Below are positions 61,831-64,000 of a stretch of 64,000 nucleotides of DNA, piece by piece. The first letter of the stretch is position 1. Each line of letters begins with the position of its first letter. Source of the stretch: Diadema antillarum (Eukaryota); assembly GCF_040938485.1 (NCBI RefSeq), contig NW_027271592.1, positions 62,001 through 126,000 on the forward strand, read 5' to 3'. The notes beneath the pieces were generated by a model. That model did not search any database. It had not been told where the DNA came from and was given only the letters and a program-made list of their open reading frames with translations. A program made the translations under genes and the position numbers.

Positions 61831-62119
61831 CAGAGTAGTCCCACACTTGAAGTCGATGGTCGTTCGCCATGTCTTGCTGCTGGTCCCGCACGAGCCGCCG
61901 AGGTAGTCCAAGCGAAACCCACCTGTGTCCAAGTTTGAAACTGGCTGTAGGGTGTCATTTCGGTTGCCGATGTTGATGAATTCATTGCCTTGCTTCACGC
62001 AGGATGAAGAGGCTGCATCGCATGAGTCTGCACCCTCGTATGACTGCACACCGTCACACAGGTTTAAGTAGAAAGTGCTTTGCGCCCCATCGACGGCTGC
62101 CTGCACCGTCCACGTACCC
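61831..62119 (-). CDS. IGF2R: CI-MPR exon, domain 1 (GTWTVQ...DFKCGTTL), phase 2->0
   Basis: Acceptor ttgtttgtcag, donor GTAGGT. Matches human domain 1 YTWEAVD...CGKTL. Confidence 0.93.
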
Positions 62120-64000
62120 CTGACAAACAAGAAAGCAAAAATTTCCATTCACTACAGGTTGTTCACCTACTTCTGCAAATCTCTGTACAGTTTGTACTTC
62201 AGATTCAGTTTTATACAGAAGTTGTCTTGTACGTTTTAAACAGTTGGAAATGTAGAGAGCACATCTGCAACCCTGTATACAGCTGTACATACGCATGCAT
62301 GTCTGTGTTTGTAGGATCTGACCAAGGAGGTTGAAGAGATGGAGTAACAACAGAGTTATTCCCTTTGGTCTACAGTATGTTCGAAGCCGCCGCTCAAAAA
62401 TATTTGAAGCATGTGCCAAACAGGATCTGCCGCGCCGATACGAAGACTATTGACTCGTGTCTCATTGCATAATCACCAGCTACTTTCAAAGGAAGATATG
62501 TCTTTGTGATGGTAATTACTTTTCGCTATCCCTCCTTATAAAAGCTAGGTGGTACAGACACGAGGATGCGCGAACAGAAATTGAGGAAAAAATGCTGAAA
62601 TGAAAATGAAAATTACTCGACTGGGCATACGCGGGCACTAATCTGATATATCTATCAATAAAGAATTATACTTGAAGATTATTACATGTTAGTTTCATTT
62701 GGGGAAATTAAGTCGAAAAGTGATAAAACCAGCTTTCCAGGATGGTACAGTTTAAAACATTTCACATAATACAGCTCTGATTTACACTTTTGCGCAAATT
62801 TCTGAACGGAATTGACTTCTGTTTTACATGCTTTATTATTAAGTGAAATTTCATTTCATTTAATAAATAAATAAGCAAAATATGGCCAACATTATGATAA
62901 CGTTCAAAATGAATCTTCAGATTGCTCAGCAAGATGGCGGCTTGGAACATCGATTATCAAAGGCACAAGTGCACCTGTGGAATTCTTTTGTACATCAATA
63001 GAAATCTGACAACTGTTTGAATAATTACAGCCAGTTGGAACTCCATGTATAAAACCTCCTTGTTATGACTAGATGTGTCTGTCTGTTAGTGTATCTTCTT
63101 CCTGTCTCTCTGTGCATTTGCATAATGACCAAAAAGAGCATCACACAAAAATATCGAGCTTGAACCCGAGGTATATCAAGGAGAAGAACAGATTTTATCA
63201 TCAGTACACCCTGAAGCACACAGCTCTAGTTTTGACACAGTCCCATGCGCTACATTCCTGGGCAGTATGATTACAACTCATCTTAAATGAAGTCAGCACA
63301 TACATTATATCAGCCAGCACATCTGCCAGGAGGATACATCTTTATGTGTCTGCCTACAATAATTATGTAAATCTACAATATCGACACTTCTCGGTAACAG
63401 AATATGATCAAATTTACTTGATCTGAAATAAGGTGTTTCCTGTGATTTTGGTGCAATTTGGTGTGCAGAATTTGAGATTTCCACTTGTTTACGACATACA
63501 GTGTACATGTAGGACCGAAAGTACAATCGTACATTAAGGCCGTGTCACACCTTTCCGGGCAAGCCTTGCGTGCGACTTGCAAAGAACAATTTTGACTACC
63601 CGGAGGTCCACGTAGATGATCTGCACATGACAGTACCTCTAGCATGTATCTCAACCGTAGTCGCCCGGAGGTGCGCACGCATATTTCTTTACCAGCAACC
63701 GCGTTTATGCCCTGTCACACCTTTCCGGGCAAGCTACTCGGGCTTGTTACGTGTAGGGATTTTCTAGCATACTGGACATTCCTGAGGGCGGAAAAGGATT
63801 TGAGCAAGTCAGCGCATGTGTCTTACTTGCTGGACGCGTTCTAGTTAAATTATACTTGTAAGTATACTGTGTGACCTTTGCACCTGTCGCGTGGGGGCTG
63901 ACAACTCAGTGAAGGAATTCCTCTGATGGAATGGCTGAAATCCCACAGAATTTCATTATCTTGGCTGCATACGGGACAGTGAAGTACCTGCGTGGGAGTT

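Larger units (their letters stand above)
5968..62119 (-). other. IGF2R: Cation-independent mannose-6-phosphate receptor gene (43 coding exons, 5'-incomplete)
   Basis: The exon chain is GT-AG and phase-consistent, 7015 nt = 1 + 2338 codons including the stop. It gives 15 tandem MRH repeats (C..YDLSPL..Y.IN.C..G.P.F...C.Y.F.W.T..AC), a TM helix and C-terminal FHDDSDDEILPHV, resembling human FHDDSDEDLLHI. Confidence 0.97.

Noticed and set aside
62925-62945. caagatggcgg (YY1-like) motif as an antisense, Airn-like promoter
   Set aside because: It is a single short motif in repeat-like sequence with no CpG island. Airn is mammal-specific and arises in intron 2.
62120-64000. Signal-peptide exon 1
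   Set aside because: No ATG plus hydrophobic stretch plus Cys ending at a phase-2 donor was found. It probably lies beyond the window.

Overview
Eukaryotic (animal, non-vertebrate-looking) genomic DNA with four intronic assembly gaps. Nearly the whole window is one minus-strand gene, the cation-independent mannose-6-phosphate receptor (CI-MPR/IGF2R orthologue). I traced 43 coding exons by hand from 62119 down to the stop at 5968. All introns are GT-AG, all phases are compatible, and the total is 7015 nt (about 2337 aa). The exons encode all 15 MRH domains, the stalk, the TM helix and an 84-aa tail. Only the signal-peptide exon is missing, and it probably lies beyond 64000. Main result: the Q-R-E-Y mannose-6-phosphate-binding signature is complete in domains 3, 5, 9 and 15, as in mammals, and also in domains 8 and 11. 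Domain 11 is the IGF2-binding domain in mammals. The fibronectin type II insert of vertebrate domain 13 is absent, and a phase-1 intron sits at that position. Introns are crowded with non-autonomous transposons (Helentron/DINE-1-like, Kolobok-, piggyBac-, hAT- and Harbinger-like MITEs, tRNA-SINEs, LINE fragments) and tandem repeats. Human comparisons use the human IGF2R sequence as I recall it and need confirming by alignment; exon calls are manual and lack transcript support.
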